Assembly: GCA_964016885.1 (NCBI GenBank)
Contig: OZ024742.1
Span: 143,406,001-143,470,000 of the forward strand
Length of the DNA: 64,000 nt
Direction: 5' to 3'
Source: Eledone cirrhosa
Lineage: Eukaryota
In this document: positions 27,315 through 40,394 of the stretch, piece after piece
Numbering within the stretch: position 1 is the stretch's first letter
How the letters are laid out: every line of letters starts with the position of its first letter
Program-made: the position numbers and the translations under genes
Notes under the pieces: model-generated
The model's input: only the letters and a program-made list of their open reading frames with translations
What the model was told of the DNA's origin: nothing
Database searches by the model: none

Positions 27315-27580
27315 TAAAACCATAAACATAAAATGCCCTGACAAATACATATGGATTTAAACAAATGTATACACATATACATATACACATATGTATACAG
27401 ATACATATACACATATGTATATGTATATATATATATATATAAACCATAAACATAAAATGCCCTGACAAATACATATGGATGTAAACAAATGTATACACAT
27501 ACTTATACACATATGTATGTGTATACATTAGTTTACATCCATATGTATTTGTCAGGGCATTTTATGTTTATGGTTTTTAT
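27315..27580. repeat. ~60-bp unit, two direct copies and one inverted, in TA/CA tracts
   Basis: AAACCATAAACATAAAATGCCCTGACAAATACATATGGAT near 27318 and 27441, inverted at about 27520-27577; another copy near 29385. Confidence 0.8.
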
Positions 27581-27617
27581 ATATATATATATACATACAT
27601 ATATATATATATGTTTA

Positions 27618-27649
<32 letters not shown>

Positions 27650-27660
27650 CATATATATAC

Positions 27661-27729
<69 letters not shown>

Positions 27730-28003
27730 TACACATTCTTCTGTATTCTGTAGAATATGTATTAGGTATATATATACAAACAATATACCGTATATCTTGT
27801 ATGATATATGGCTCTTTCCCACACTATATAAACATATATATTTTTCTTTGATTATTATGGCTCTAGATAAAGTTTATTGAGCTTCCTTATTGAGAAACAC
27901 AAAATTCTAAACATATTTGATGTGTTTTGATTAATTATATATATATAAATCCCGCCGAGGTTAACTTTGCCTTTCATCCTTACGGGGTCGATAAAATACT
28001 CTC

Positions 28004-28035
<32 letters not shown>

Positions 28036-28039
<4 letters not shown>

Positions 28040-29243
28040 CTATCCACCAGTTAATTTTATTGCTCATTTTTTGTCGATTCTATTGAGTGATGAATAGCTT
28101 TTGTTTTATTTTAACATGTCTATTGAGCACTCTAATTCGATATGTGTATTTCCACATTCACTCGAATTGTTTTCGCGGATATAGGGGTCATCTCCCTTGT
28201 CTAATGCCATGTGCGTTTTTCACCGCTAGTTGACTCCTCTGCCGCCAGGAAAAAACTCGTTGATAACGTAAACCTCCGTTCCACTTGCTCTAGTAGGCTT
28301 TTATATTTATATGTGAGCTGATAGAGTACAGTCTAAGGATTTACAGAAACCCATGAAGCTAGATTTAACACCTTTCTAGCGGGTCCGGGTATGATTTTAC
28401 ATTCATTTAAATTATTGACGTATTGTTTTATTGATATTTTTTATCTGTTTGGCCCGAATCTTCCTTTATCGATTTTAAATCGTATGGTTGATTGTAGACT
28501 TGTTCTATATGTGACGGTATTTTAACGATAGTTATAGCTCTGATTCATCTGAATTATTGAGCCCTCTGCCGCTCATATCGAATTTCGTTTATCGTGAACT
28601 CGTGCGCCGATTTTTCGATACTCGATCTTTCTAATATATTTAGCTCTGGACATAGCTATCCACCAGTTAATTTTATTGCTCATTTTTTGTCGATTCTATT
28701 GAGTGATGAATAGCTTTTGTTTTATTTTAACATGTCTATTGAGCACTCTAATTCGATATGTGTATTTCCACATTCACTCGAATTGTTTTCGCGGATATAG
28801 GGGTCATCTCCCTTGTCTAATGCCATGTGCGTTTTTCACCGCTAGTTGACTCCTCTGCCGCCAGGAAAAAACTCGTTGATAACGTAAACCTCCGTTCCAC
28901 TTGCTCTAGTAGGCTTTTATATTTATATGTGAGCTGATAGAGTACAGTCTAAGGATTTACAGAAACCCATGAAGCTAGATTTAACACCTTTCTAGCGGGT
29001 CCGGGTATGATTTTACATTCATTTAAATTATTGACGTATTGTTTTATTGATATTTTTTATCTGTTTGGCCCGAATCTTCCTTTATCGATTTTAAATCGTA
29101 TGGTTGATTGTAGACTTGTTCTATATGTGACGGTATTTTAACGATAGTTATAGCTCTGATTCATCTGAATTATTGAGCCCTCTGCCGCTCATATCGAATT
29201 TCGTTTATCGTGAACTCGTGCGCCGATTTTTCGATACTCGATC

Positions 29244-29252
<9 letters not shown>
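28036..29252. repeat. Tandem duplication of a 616-bp non-coding unit in (TA)n
   Basis: AGCTATCCACCAG at 28038 and 28654; copies look identical by eye. Confidence 0.9.
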
Positions 29253-29332
<80 letters not shown>

Positions 29333-29506
29333 TATATATATATATATATATATATACATATGCACACATACACACACATATTTAAAACCATAAACATAGA
29401 ATTCCCTGACAAATACATATGGTTGTAAACAAATACATATACACATACACACACATACTAACACACACAAATACACACACATACACACACACACATACAC
29501 ACACAT

Positions 29507-29566
<60 letters not shown>

Positions 29567-29575
29567 ATATATATA

Positions 29576-29903
29576 TTAGGGTGGCCCTTATTTTTCAACT
29601 TTCTAAAAACCAATCTATGCAAAACATTAGCTCAAGCGGAAAACTGCAAGGCAACCTTCATCAATTTTCGCCCGGAAAGTCGTTTTTTTAGATAAATTTT
29701 TTTTTATCTCTTATAGAATTTTCTCTTAAGTTAAAACTTGTTCAGACCTATTCTTGGTATTAGAAGGATAAGTGACAATAAATAGAATAGGGGAGGCAAA
29801 GCTGGGGACAGAGCGCAGGTGTAGGGCAAACACCTATTTTTCGCTGTGGGAGCAGCAAAATTTTAACCTTCGGAATATCACCTATTGCTAAGGGCCACCT
29901 TAA
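29576..29903. mobile_element. MITE with 15-bp TIRs (hATm-like)
   Basis: TTAGGGTGGCCCTTA ... TAAGGGCCACCTTAA, in (TA)n. Confidence 0.7.
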
Positions 29904-29985
29904 TATATATATATATATCCGTATGTGGTTAACAGCTGAGAGAAATGAGTACTCGGTATCGTGTAATATATACATATATATTTAT

Positions 29986-30091
29986 ATAGGAACCAGTAAG
30001 ACCCCGACAGCTGAGCTCAAGCCGTTTCGACGGCTAATTCTGGACGTCGAAACGGCTTGAGCTCAGCTGTCGGGGTCTTACTGGTTCCTAT
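29986..30091. repeat. Perfect 47-bp-arm hairpin containing an HHR 3' half
   Basis: 29986-30032 pairs with 30045-30091; GAA-ACGGC-[9]-GCTGT-C-GGGG. Confidence 0.9.
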
Positions 30092-30289
30092 TACCCACTC
30101 TACTACCTCAAGTATTGAGTACTTTGGTGCGTTATGGTCCACCTGGTTCCTTACCACATTTCCTTCGTTATATATTTATATATATAGATAGATATATATA
30201 TGTGTATATATACCCTCCTTACTATCCTTGCTTTCATATTTCTCCTTGCTCCCCTTTTCTCATTGTATTTGTATATAAACAAGTACATG

Positions 30290-31485
30290 GATACAAGGAG
30301 AAAAGGAAAGCAAGGAGAGTAAGTAATGCAATGAGAAAAGTAGAGCAAGGAGAGCATTGAGAAAAGGAGAGCAAGGAGACCCGGGAGAAAAGGAGGGCAA
30401 GGAGAGCAATGAGACAAGGAGAGGAAGGAGAGGAAGGAGAGAAGGAGAGCACGGAGTGCAAGGAGAGCAAGGATAAAAGGAGAGCAAAGAGAACAATGAG
30501 AAAAGGAGAGCAAGGAGAGGTTAAGGCAAATATTGCTCAAATTATGCTGGAAGCAGACAAAGGTGAAGAAGAGGAGGAAGAAAAAAATTAACTGAAGAGG
30601 TACATTCTGCACCAAAATGACTTTTCTTCCTTTACAAACATCGAATTTTCGTCTTTTTGTAACTCCTGGTACAAAAACTTTCTTCACGAGATTTTCTATC
30701 AGCACTGATTTCCTCGACAAAAACCCTTCAACATGGAAAGATGATCCTGGTTACAAAAGTGGACTTGAAAAACATGAGAAGGCAGTTGTGAATGATGTTG
30801 CAGAAAGAGGTGTCAAACTCATTTAGGGCTACAATAACATTCTCACAAAAAACGAACTGAGAAACAATTTGTTTTACAGATTGTTACCGAAAACCGTAAA
30901 ACATACCCAACTGCCACTAAATCCTCTCTTATGCAAAAATAATTGTTTCTACTTTTGGCACAAGGCCAGTAATTATCCCAGTGTATTACTGGTACTTTCT
31001 GATGAAAGGCAAAGTTAACCTCGGCGGGATTTGTTCAGTATTCAGTGTTCAGTGTTCACGTTATGTTTTTAGTTCTATAGAAATTATTGTTGAAAGTAAA
31101 AATGATTTGCTCTTATAGAAGTTGTGTGCTTTATTAAGAAAACCTAATGTTTTATGTAATTTCAGGAATTTTTCAAATTAATTATTAGAAAATTTGATTC
31201 AGAACGTTTTTAAACATTTGCTGGGGTTACCTAAATGTGTCCACATAAATTTCATCTAGAAGAAAAAAGAAAATGGCCGATACAGGGAACAGTATACCGC
31301 TTTTGAACAGAATTAATAGTTGCGTATACTATGTTCCAACTTCAAGGCGTTTGAGGGTCGCCTAACAGTTGTCCGATTGAGCTGAAATTTTGCACACTAC
31401 GTGATTTTGTTGATTGAAACAGGATTAGGTGATGGGAACTGCAAAATAATTTTCGAAAATTACCTATTGCTAAGGGCCAGCCTAA
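30290..31485 (+). mobile_element. hATm-like transposon 3' part with transposase C-terminal relic
   Basis: FLDKNPSTWKDDPGY..VVNDVAERGVKLI*GYNNILTKNE; right end CCTATTGCTAAGGGCCAGCCTAA matches the 29576 MITE end; SINE fragment at about 30940-31032. Confidence 0.65.
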
Positions 31486-31515
31486 TATATATATATATAT
31501 ATACACTCACACACG

Positions 31516-31618
<103 letters not shown>

Positions 31619-31694
31619 TCACACACATATATACAAATATACACACATACACCGGGTAATTCAGCTAGAATATATATATATATATATATATATA

Positions 31695-32627
31695 CAAAAT
31701 TAAAATTAAAGGTGTCATGTCCGAGACATGCGCCATATCCACCGTAGAATAAGCTCAAAGATTCCAATGAATAGATCCGAGCATTTTATATCAACTAGAA
31801 ATTCATTGACATATATATCTATCTAAAATAAACACATGAAACATCATAGGGGATAATTTGTAAAGTGTGTAAGCACACATAGCTACGTAGGTAACTAATT
31901 AAAGTTTAACTAGAACTTCAAATATAGATACCTTTTAAAATGATTAATCTTCCTTGTATATATTTCATTAAAGAGATATATTTCACCATTAATCCGTAAA
32001 CTCACAGTAGTCAAATACGGATTTTCAACAAGGAAGAAGATTTAACTATCTGTGTTTACACAGCAAATACCAATCTGCGAATGACCCATCGCACGTGTTG
32101 CATTTTTAAAACTACACACATCGTACCAGCGTCATCCCAGTGGATATGGCGCATGTCTCGGAAATGACACCCTTAATTTTAATTTTGAGTATATATACGG
32201 CCCCTTAATTGTAGAGCTAACTCAGTTGGAAGGACTCAGCTGCTATTTCTAGCTGTCGATAATCCCATTCACGCCACTGGGATGACGCTGGTACGATGTG
32301 TGTAGTTTTAAAATGCAACACGTGCGACGGGTCATTCGCAGATTTGCATTTGCTGTGTAAACACAGATAGTTAAATCTTCTCCCTTGTTGAAAATCCGAG
32401 ATTTGACTACTGTGACTTTACGGATTAATGGTGAAATATATTTGTTTAATGAAATATATAAAAGGAAGATTAATCATTTTAAAAGGTATCTATCGTTGAA
32501 GTTCTAGTTAAACTTTAATTAGTTACCTACCTAGCTGTGTCTGCTTACACACTTTACAAATTATCCCCTGTGATTATATCATGTGTTTATTTTAGATATA
32601 TATATGTCAATCAATTTCTAGTTGATA
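31695..32627. repeat. Nested fold-back element
   Basis: 31789-32143 is inverted at 32274-32627; 31695-31742 is inverted at 32140-32187. Confidence 0.85.
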
Positions 32628-32643
32628 CACACACACACACACG

Positions 32644-32691
<48 letters not shown>

Positions 32692-32967
32692 AAAGTATGT
32701 CCATAGAATCATTTGATAAAATATATACACCATTTCCTCTCCCAATCAGCATAATCAACCACACAAAAAAACAAAAAAACAATTAAGCCAGGCTATAAGA
32801 TTAAAAGACACCTATGAAGAAACTATAGATAAATAAACGACAGCTATCTATTCGCGATCAACACCTATTGAATATTTATCCAGTATTTCTAATAGCACGT
32901 GGAAATATATATATATAGACTGGAATTGAACCATCAGCACATTTGATGTATGTCAGATATCAATTTA

Positions 32968-33032
32968 TTTTATCTGATGAGGACGTACTGATGAAACAGC
33001 TTAGTACCTCTGAAATAAAATATATTTGATCA
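32968..33032 (+). ncRNA. Hammerhead-like motif
   Basis: CTGATGA-GGA-C-GTACTGA-[9]-TTAGTAC-C-TCT-GAAATA..TATT; stem I poor. Confidence 0.5.
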
Positions 33033-33064
33033 CATGAATATCTATATTTATTAATATTTTGAAG

Positions 33065-33163
<99 letters not shown>

Positions 33164-33358
33164 TAAACGGAAAAGAAAATGCTGACAAATGTTCACAGTG
33201 AAAAATAGTTTAATTAGGAATAAGTGAGAATTAGTAATAGTATTGGTTAGTATTCAGTTTTGGTTTTAAGTTTTACTGGTTGCGCATTTCTAATGCTTTT
33301 CAAAAATAATTTTGAGATAGAGCGTCCGTGATGTTTGCTCTAATCTGTATATATATAT

Positions 33359-33907
33359 TCTAGCTGAATTACCTGGCGTTGCCCGGGTTACTGCTGTTCT
33401 TATTCATATTAGTAAACAATAAATATGAAGATATGTTGTTTTTTTTTCTCATAATTATTTCAAAATATCTATATTTTATAAAAACAATATCCAAATTTTA
33501 ATGATAATAGAATTTAGAAATGAAAATCTGTCAATCTTGAAGCACCTTAGGGTAAACAATATACACTGTGTAATTTTTTGTTGGTGTCCAAATGAATAAA
33601 TTGTTACTACACACACACATACACTCTCACATACATATACTAAGACAGACATACACAGACATAACGTACCTAATGAATGCGCACACACACTCACAGACAC
33701 ATACATAATCAAATGCAAAATGTGACGTCATTGTGTTGTTTTCTATTGCTTTAATCCAAATGAAAATAAAAAATCATCACACATACACTGACACACACAT
33801 ACACTCACACACACACATACACTCTCACATACATTACTAAGACAGACACACACAGACATACATTCACACACACCTGTCTGTCATCACGTATGTATCTGTA
33901 GGCATAG

Positions 33908-33941
<34 letters not shown>

Positions 33942-34296
33942 AATTGTCTGTGTGTGAAGATAATGTGTATGCAACTTACTAAGGCTATATATATGTGTAG
34001 ATGTGTGTGTGTTTAATTCTCTGAGGCCTAACGTACGTAACGAACTCTCAAGCACACACACACAGACACATACGCACTCATATACAATGTGAGGTCGTCG
34101 TCGTCGTGGTTTATTATAGTTCACTATAGAAAGGTTATTTTCGATAAAATATATTGTTTTAATCCAAATGAAAATAAAAATTACATGTTGATACTCCCGG
34201 GGTCTAATACTATTACCATTGTAAAATTTGATTTGATTTGGTCCAGCCGTTTGATAATGCATAGGAACAGACAGACATACAGACAGAGAATCAAAG

Positions 34297-34300
<4 letters not shown>
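33359..34300 (+). mobile_element. Non-autonomous Helitron-like element (Lep1/HINE style)
   Basis: 5' TCTAGCTGAATTACCTGGCGTTGCCCGGG; 3' AAATTTGAT..GGTCCAGCCGTTT..(CAGA)n..TTATATA; a reversed 5' end occurs at about 31652-31670. Confidence 0.6.
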
Positions 34301-34345
<45 letters not shown>

Positions 34346-34433
34346 GGAGGCGAGTTTTATTGTAGTACAATAAAGCAATGCAGATATCGGATAAGTAGCA
34401 CTCTACAGTTTGTAGGACTGGATTATAAATAAT

Positions 34434-34771
34434 ATATAAGATCAAAAGATGGTTAAAAGAGTTCCATGTATTTTATTATGCGCATTTCAAAAACAAATAT
34501 CATCATTCGATAACATTTGCGTTTTCGTCAGATAAAATAGGGAGACATGATATGAAGGTTAAAAAACACTTGTGAATAGTGCAGTTTTAAATCAACATAT
34601 GTTGATATGTTGATTTAACACTGCACTATTCACAAGTGTTTTTTAACCTTCATATCATGTCTCCCTATTTTATCTGACGAAAACGCAAATGTTATCGAAT
34701 GATGATATTTGTTTTTGAAATGCGCATAATAAAATACATGGAACTCTTTTAACCATCTTTTGATCTTATAT
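34434..34771. mobile_element. Near-perfect 338-bp palindrome with an HHR on each strand
   Basis: Centre near 34602; HHR at 34667-34735 (+) and 34470-34538 (-). Confidence 0.9.
34667..34735 (+). ncRNA. Canonical type I hammerhead ribozyme
   Basis: ATTTTAT-CTGACGA-AAA-C-GCAAATGTTATC-GAAT-GATGATATTTGT-T-TTT-GAA-ATGCGCAT-A-ATAAAAT; predicted cleavage after 34728. Confidence 0.85.
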
Positions 34772-35049
34772 TATATATATATATATATATATTTATATAC
34801 ACGCAAATACATACATACGTATACGTACATACAAATGTACACACACATTTTCATTCATACAAAGTACGCTTATACAAGTAGAAAAGGCAAGTAGGTAAAG
34901 AGTACTTATATACCCTCAGTACTGTAAGGCGGAACGAAAGAGGGTGTAGGTTGAGGCTAAGGGTGGGGTGTGATGGAGGGGGAGGTGATATGATGTCGAG
35001 TGAGGTTTTTTTAAAAACTATCGTTCTGGGCGCAGAACTGGCTTGTAGG

Positions 35050-35455
35050 ATTTATACGTTGCATAGTTTTTGTGCATGTTGTTCGGGCAGTGTTCAGAGA
35101 GGTTGTTCAGTGTCGGGCCCTTAGCAAATAGTATTTCATAGCTCTCCAAAATTCAAAGGTCGCAATACTTGTGTCCTCTTATGTGTGAACGCGCTCTCTG
35201 GAGTAATTTCCATTTGAGCGTGAAGCGGGTGGACTTCCTCTTGAGGTCCCAGACAGAGATGGCGAGTGTTGTTTGGTTGGATTTGTCCTGTCTTCTGAAC
35301 GAGTGGGTATGGGCAAACCACCAGGTCTTAAGTTTGTTGGATGTCATTCCGATATATGTTTTTTTGTTGTTGTCAATGCCTGAGACGACACCGCATTTAT
35401 ATACGATGTCATTAATCAGGCATTTATTTTCGAGTAGACGCTTCGTTATTGTAGC
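35050..35455 (-). mobile_element. Degenerate PLE GIY-YIG fragment
   Basis: KCLINDIVYKC..TYIGMTSNKLK..HTHSFR..VWDLK..LKWKLL..YCDL. Confidence 0.8.
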
Positions 35456-35631
35456 AGTTGCACAAGGCTCTCGTCCATTTCTATATTTCTATATTTCTAC
35501 TACGTATTGAGTACCTTACTTACTGTGGTTACTCCCAATTAAACCCGAGATACACACACACACACACACATACACATATATGTGTGTGTGTGTGTGTGTC
35601 TGTGTGTGTTTGTGTGTGTGTATGTAGCTCG

Positions 35632-35813
35632 GGTTATTGGCAGTATCGGTAGAGAGTCGGACGCCAGGCTTTCCAGCATAGTTACGTCCCTTTACGGTCT
35701 GAGTTCAAATCCCGCCGAGGTTCACTTTGCCTTTCATCCTTACGGGGTCGATAAAATAGAGTACCAGTAATGTACTGAGTAATTGCTGGCCTTGTGCCTA
35801 AAGTAGAAACAGT
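35632..35813 (+). mobile_element. SINE family A
   Basis: Matches 12002-12182. Confidence 0.9.
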
Positions 35814-35912
35814 TATATATATATATATATGTATGCCGCATGTATTTTAATTTTGATTTTAAATTTGAATTGCTGTATAGTATAGTATAATATATGTCAC
35901 TCCACTGTACAT

Positions 35913-36006
<94 letters not shown>

Positions 36007-36009
36007 CTG

Positions 36010-36160
36010 TATGTCTCTTGCGTTGGATAGGAGGTCAATTATATGTAGAACATAGCTTTGATCCTTGTGAATTCTATATTACTGCTCTGTAGAACAATTG
36101 ATGTTCTTACATTGAGCTATTTATCTTACTGGTAATAAGGTAGTAATAAATTACTGACCT
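36010..36160. repeat. Dispersed repeat, inverted copy at about 63770-63990
   Basis: TACATTGAGCTATTTATCTTACTGGTAATAAG shared; a 26-bp x3 tandem follows at about 36175-36250. Confidence 0.7.
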
Positions 36161-36610
36161 TCTCTGTTTATAGTTTAAAATATACATAACTATAAAAAGT
36201 TAAAAATATACATAACTATAAAAAGTTAAAAATATACATAACTATAAATAGTATCCTTAATATTATATATGTATGTATACATATATATATATATATATAT
36301 ATCTGACTCGCTCATATATTCACACAGCTTATGCTGAAAGAATAACTATGTTGCTTGTGTTTATTTCCATCTTCGGTTAGCTTCCCCCTGTGTTGTTTAC
36401 TTGTCTCACTCGCTTTACGCGTTTCTATTGTCCTAATAACTTATTTTAGTTATTATTGCTCCAACGTGAGGTATATGATTTTTAATGCGATGAAATACCC
36501 ATGATCGTTTGGTAAATCACCGATGAGGGACTCATTTTATAACATGTTATCCATGTGCAACCAGCAGTATTCTTCTCACCCATATTTTCATATATATATA
36601 TATATATATA

Positions 36611-37766
36611 TAATATTTAGAAACACACAGATACATGCGGACACACACATATACATGAATGCATCCACACCCAACCGTGAGTTAAGGGTGCCAACCTCAC
36701 CGATGTTGCTCAATGAATGACCGGGACAGACCAATCCGGTTGAACTAGACTGAACCAGTATCAGAGTTAAAAATACATTATGAAGAGAGAAGAAACATTT
36801 AGATATAATTAGTAATAAAATGTATCATACCTAAACTGCTCCTAGATTCCTCGACTACGTAGTTTCGTGGCATAAACAAAAACAATACATCATAAAGATA
36901 TAGAGTCCCTGCGAGGTCTGCCGACTTATCAAGAGGATACCTCATTTTACCAGTCTCAAGAACGCGTCTACACGACGTGAGAAAGAATCCCAAAAGGCGG
37001 AGGGGGAGATAGTCACGCGATATAACGGTCGAGAAACAGAGCTAAGCCTCTTATAACCTCGAAGAAAATACCACAGAGGCGGAGGGGGTGTTTATATCGA
37101 AGCCGTAGAAGAGGTAGTGAGGTATGATACATTTTATTACTAATTATATCTAAATGTTTCTTCTCTCTTCATAATGTAATTTTAACTCTGATACTGGTTC
37201 AGTCTAGTTCAACCGGATTGGTCTGTCCCGGTCATTCATTGAGCAACATCGGTGAGGTTGGCACCCTTAACTCACGGTTGGGTGTGGATGCATTCATGTA
37301 TATGTGTGTGTCCGCATGTATCTGTGTGTTTCTAAATATATTGTTAATAACTCCCTCTGGTTGAGTAATCTTTGAAGTGTGGTGACTGCTGGAAAGCTGC
37401 CATTACCCATACTTCTCGCCTCCTTCACCACCTCTTCTACGGCTTCGATATAAATACCCCCTCCGCCTCTGTGGTATTTTCTTCGAGGTTATAAGAGGCT
37501 TAGCTCTGTTTCTCGACCGTTATATCGCGTGACTATCTCCTCCTCCGCCTTTTGGGATTCTTTCTCACGTCGTGTAGACGCGTTCTTGAGACTAGTAAAA
37601 TGAGGTATCCTCTTGATAAGTCGGCAGACCTCGCAGGGACTCTATATCTTTATGATGTATTGTTTTTGTTTATGCCACGAAACTACGTAGTCGAGGAATC
37701 TAGGAGCAGTTTAGGTATGATACATTTTATTACTAATTATATCTAAATGTTTCTTCTCTCTTCATA

Positions 37767-37771
<5 letters not shown>
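36611..37771. mobile_element. Fold-back element with a 593-bp monomer in (TA)n
   Basis: Minus arm 36611-37116; plus arm 37120-37771 wraps around (AGGTATGATAC at 37120 and 37713); second insertion at 62353-62752. Confidence 0.85.
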
Positions 37772-37835
<64 letters not shown>

Positions 37836-38624
37836 TATATGGGCGTGAATGTGTGAGTGTGTAATGTAATAGATATTTCAGCTACTCTATACATGTTTTA
37901 GCTGAGCATTATATTACGATAAAATAAAGTACCAGTAATGCACTGGGTAATTGCTGGCCTTGTGTCAAAAGTAGAAACAATTATATTACGTTAAATGCCG
38001 TTATGCATGCCACGTTTCATTGATGTATATTCTACCAATGATCATTTTAATTTAGATTATTTCGCGGATACTTTTTAAAAATGTAATTTAATAAGATGTT
38101 TTAACGATCTAGTTTTAATCTCATTTAAGCTTCATAAAAATACTGTCAAAGAAGAAAGAAAACGAAGGAGAGATAGAAAGAAAGTGTGTTTGAAGAGAGA
38201 GGAAGAGAGAGAGAGAGAGAGAGAGAGAGCCTTGTTGTGTGTATGTGTGCGTGTGTGTGTGCGTGTGTGTGCGTGCGTGCTAGAAATAGATAGATAGATT
38301 GAAGAAGAGAGAGGAGGGATTTCGTAAAATATTAAAATGTGGTGTTTTATTCATGAATAAATTTTATGAATTATTTCTATTAGTTTAATTAATTTCTATT
38401 TAATAATTATGATGATGAACCTTCTGTTTAATTGGTGAGATTTAATAAGCTAAAACCATCTGGTGTTATTTAGTAAATCCTTAGAGCATTCTATGATATT
38501 CTTTGCTGTTCTTGTTCCTAAAATATCTTCCCTAGCTTCTAATAATGGTCATATCACATTTGGTGATGACTTCTGCAAATATCCATAGATAAATGGTTCC
38601 TAATCTCTGAGAGAAGTGGGGAAA

Positions 38625-39015
38625 TCGTTTATATCGACCCCAGTACTTGACTAGTACTTTATTTTATCGACCTCTGTAGGATGAAGAGCAAAGTGAACAT
38701 AGGTGGGATGTGAAGAACTTAGAGATGTAAGGAACCAGAAGAAATACTGCTAAGCAATTGTCCGACGATCTAAAGACTGTGTCACTCCACCGCTCTTAAG
38801 CCCATAGCTAAATAATTGTTTCTACTTTTGGCACAAGGCCAGCAATTTGAAGGGAAGGAGAAGGTCGTTTAAATCAACCCCAGTGGTAATTTATTTTTTC
38901 GACCCCGTAGGGATGAAGGTCAAAGATATCATGTAGGAGATTTGAACTAGAAACGGAAAGAGCCATAACTAAATGCCACAAAGTATATTGTCCGAAACTC
39001 TACCGATACTGCCAA
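38625..39015 (-). mobile_element. Two diverged SINE family A copies
   Basis: TTTATCGACC..GGATGAA..GATTTGAACT motifs, twice. Confidence 0.7.
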
Positions 39016-39379
39016 TAGCTAAAGAATAATATGGAGAAAGATAATAGTGGATCAACGAATCGGCGTATGACGGAACGCCCTTTGGTATTTATTCCGATTT
39101 CTTGAGTCTGGGTCAAGATCAACTTCCTGTTTTATCTTTGCACAATCGAGTCTAGGAAAGTGAGATGACGGAATCTTTACGGTGCATGACGTGTTACTTT
39201 GTCCTGTTTGTTTCAACTATTTACGTTATGAGTTCAGAACGGAGTCGGAACAAATACGAGGATGTATTTCGTCCGACGCTCTAATGCTTCTTACAATTCC
39301 CCGGCTCATCAAAAGAAGTTAATCTAGAAAAAGAACTGTTTGGTTTTGCAATTTATATTAGTCATTTTTAGTACGTTTT

Positions 39380-40014
39380 ATTTTACTTATTTTGCGGTTA
39401 GACATGATGCGCCAGCTTCAGCCTTCGGTACTCAGTAGGTGTAAAAGTCAAACTCGCTATCTTCAATTCGTTATTCGTGCCGACTCTTACCTATGGTCAT
39501 GAATCTTGAGTAATGATCGAAAGAATATGATCACGAATACAAGTGCCCCTAAATGGGATTCCCCCGAAGAGTCTTTGGAGTAACAATAGAGTTTCGATAG
39601 AGTATGTAGCTCACAGATCAGAGAGTCGCTCCGGGTAGAGCTGCTACTTCTCAGAAATTGAGAGGTCACAGCTCCGATGCTACGGGCATGTGGTTAGAAT
39701 GTCTCACGAAAGAATCACTGTACAGATTTTACGCAGAAAACCAACCGGCAAAAGACCCTAGGGTCGACGCTGGGAATGATTGATTAATTAGATCCATGAG
39801 GCTCGGCTTGTCTCACTTAGGGATTCAGCCGGATTAAATAGTGACGGTTACTTCTGACAGGACTCGCTGGAAAGAGTGTTTGAGCACTTTTCCTCTACGA
39901 CTCTCCCAGGAATAAGTGGAAGAAGAAGAAGAAGAAGGCGAAGAAGAAGAAGAAGAAGAAGAAGAAGAAGAAGAAGAAGAAGAAGAAGAAGAAGAAGAAG
40001 AAGAAGAAGAAGAA
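39380..40014 (+). mobile_element. RTE-like LINE 3' fragment with (GAA)n tail
   Basis: KVKLAIFNSLFVPTLTYGHES*VM..IERSQLRCYGHVVRM..PTGKRP*GR; GAA tail at about 39919-40014. Confidence 0.8.
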
Positions 40015-40394
40015 ACATGGTAGTAGAAGCGTTAGTGCGTCTGATGAAATGTATTGCAATGTTTTATTATGACCCTCTAGCTTCTGGTTTCAAGCTCCAC
40101 CAAGATCAACTTTGCTTTTCCTCCTTTCGGTGTCGACAAAATAAAATACTAATAAAGTACCGGAGTCGATATTATTGACTTTCTCCCCCGACCCACCATC
40201 GAAATTGTTGCTCTTCTGTCTAAATTAGAAATCATTATTATTAGTAGTTTTTTGTTTTTTAATTGGGAGAGACAGACATTTTAGGTTGTCGATAATTTTA
40301 TATTGAAAACAAAATATGTTCTTTGATTTCTTGCTAGATTATTACTAGTCTTATATATTTCTATTAATGGACTCAATAAATGCATCCCCAATCA

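Noticed and set aside
36990-37095. Twister-like GGCGGAGGGGG motifs
   Set aside because: Could not build the required pseudoknots.
36799-37746. Duplicated 64-aa ORF as a small gene pair
   Set aside because: By-product of the inverted repeat; non-ATG start and no domain.
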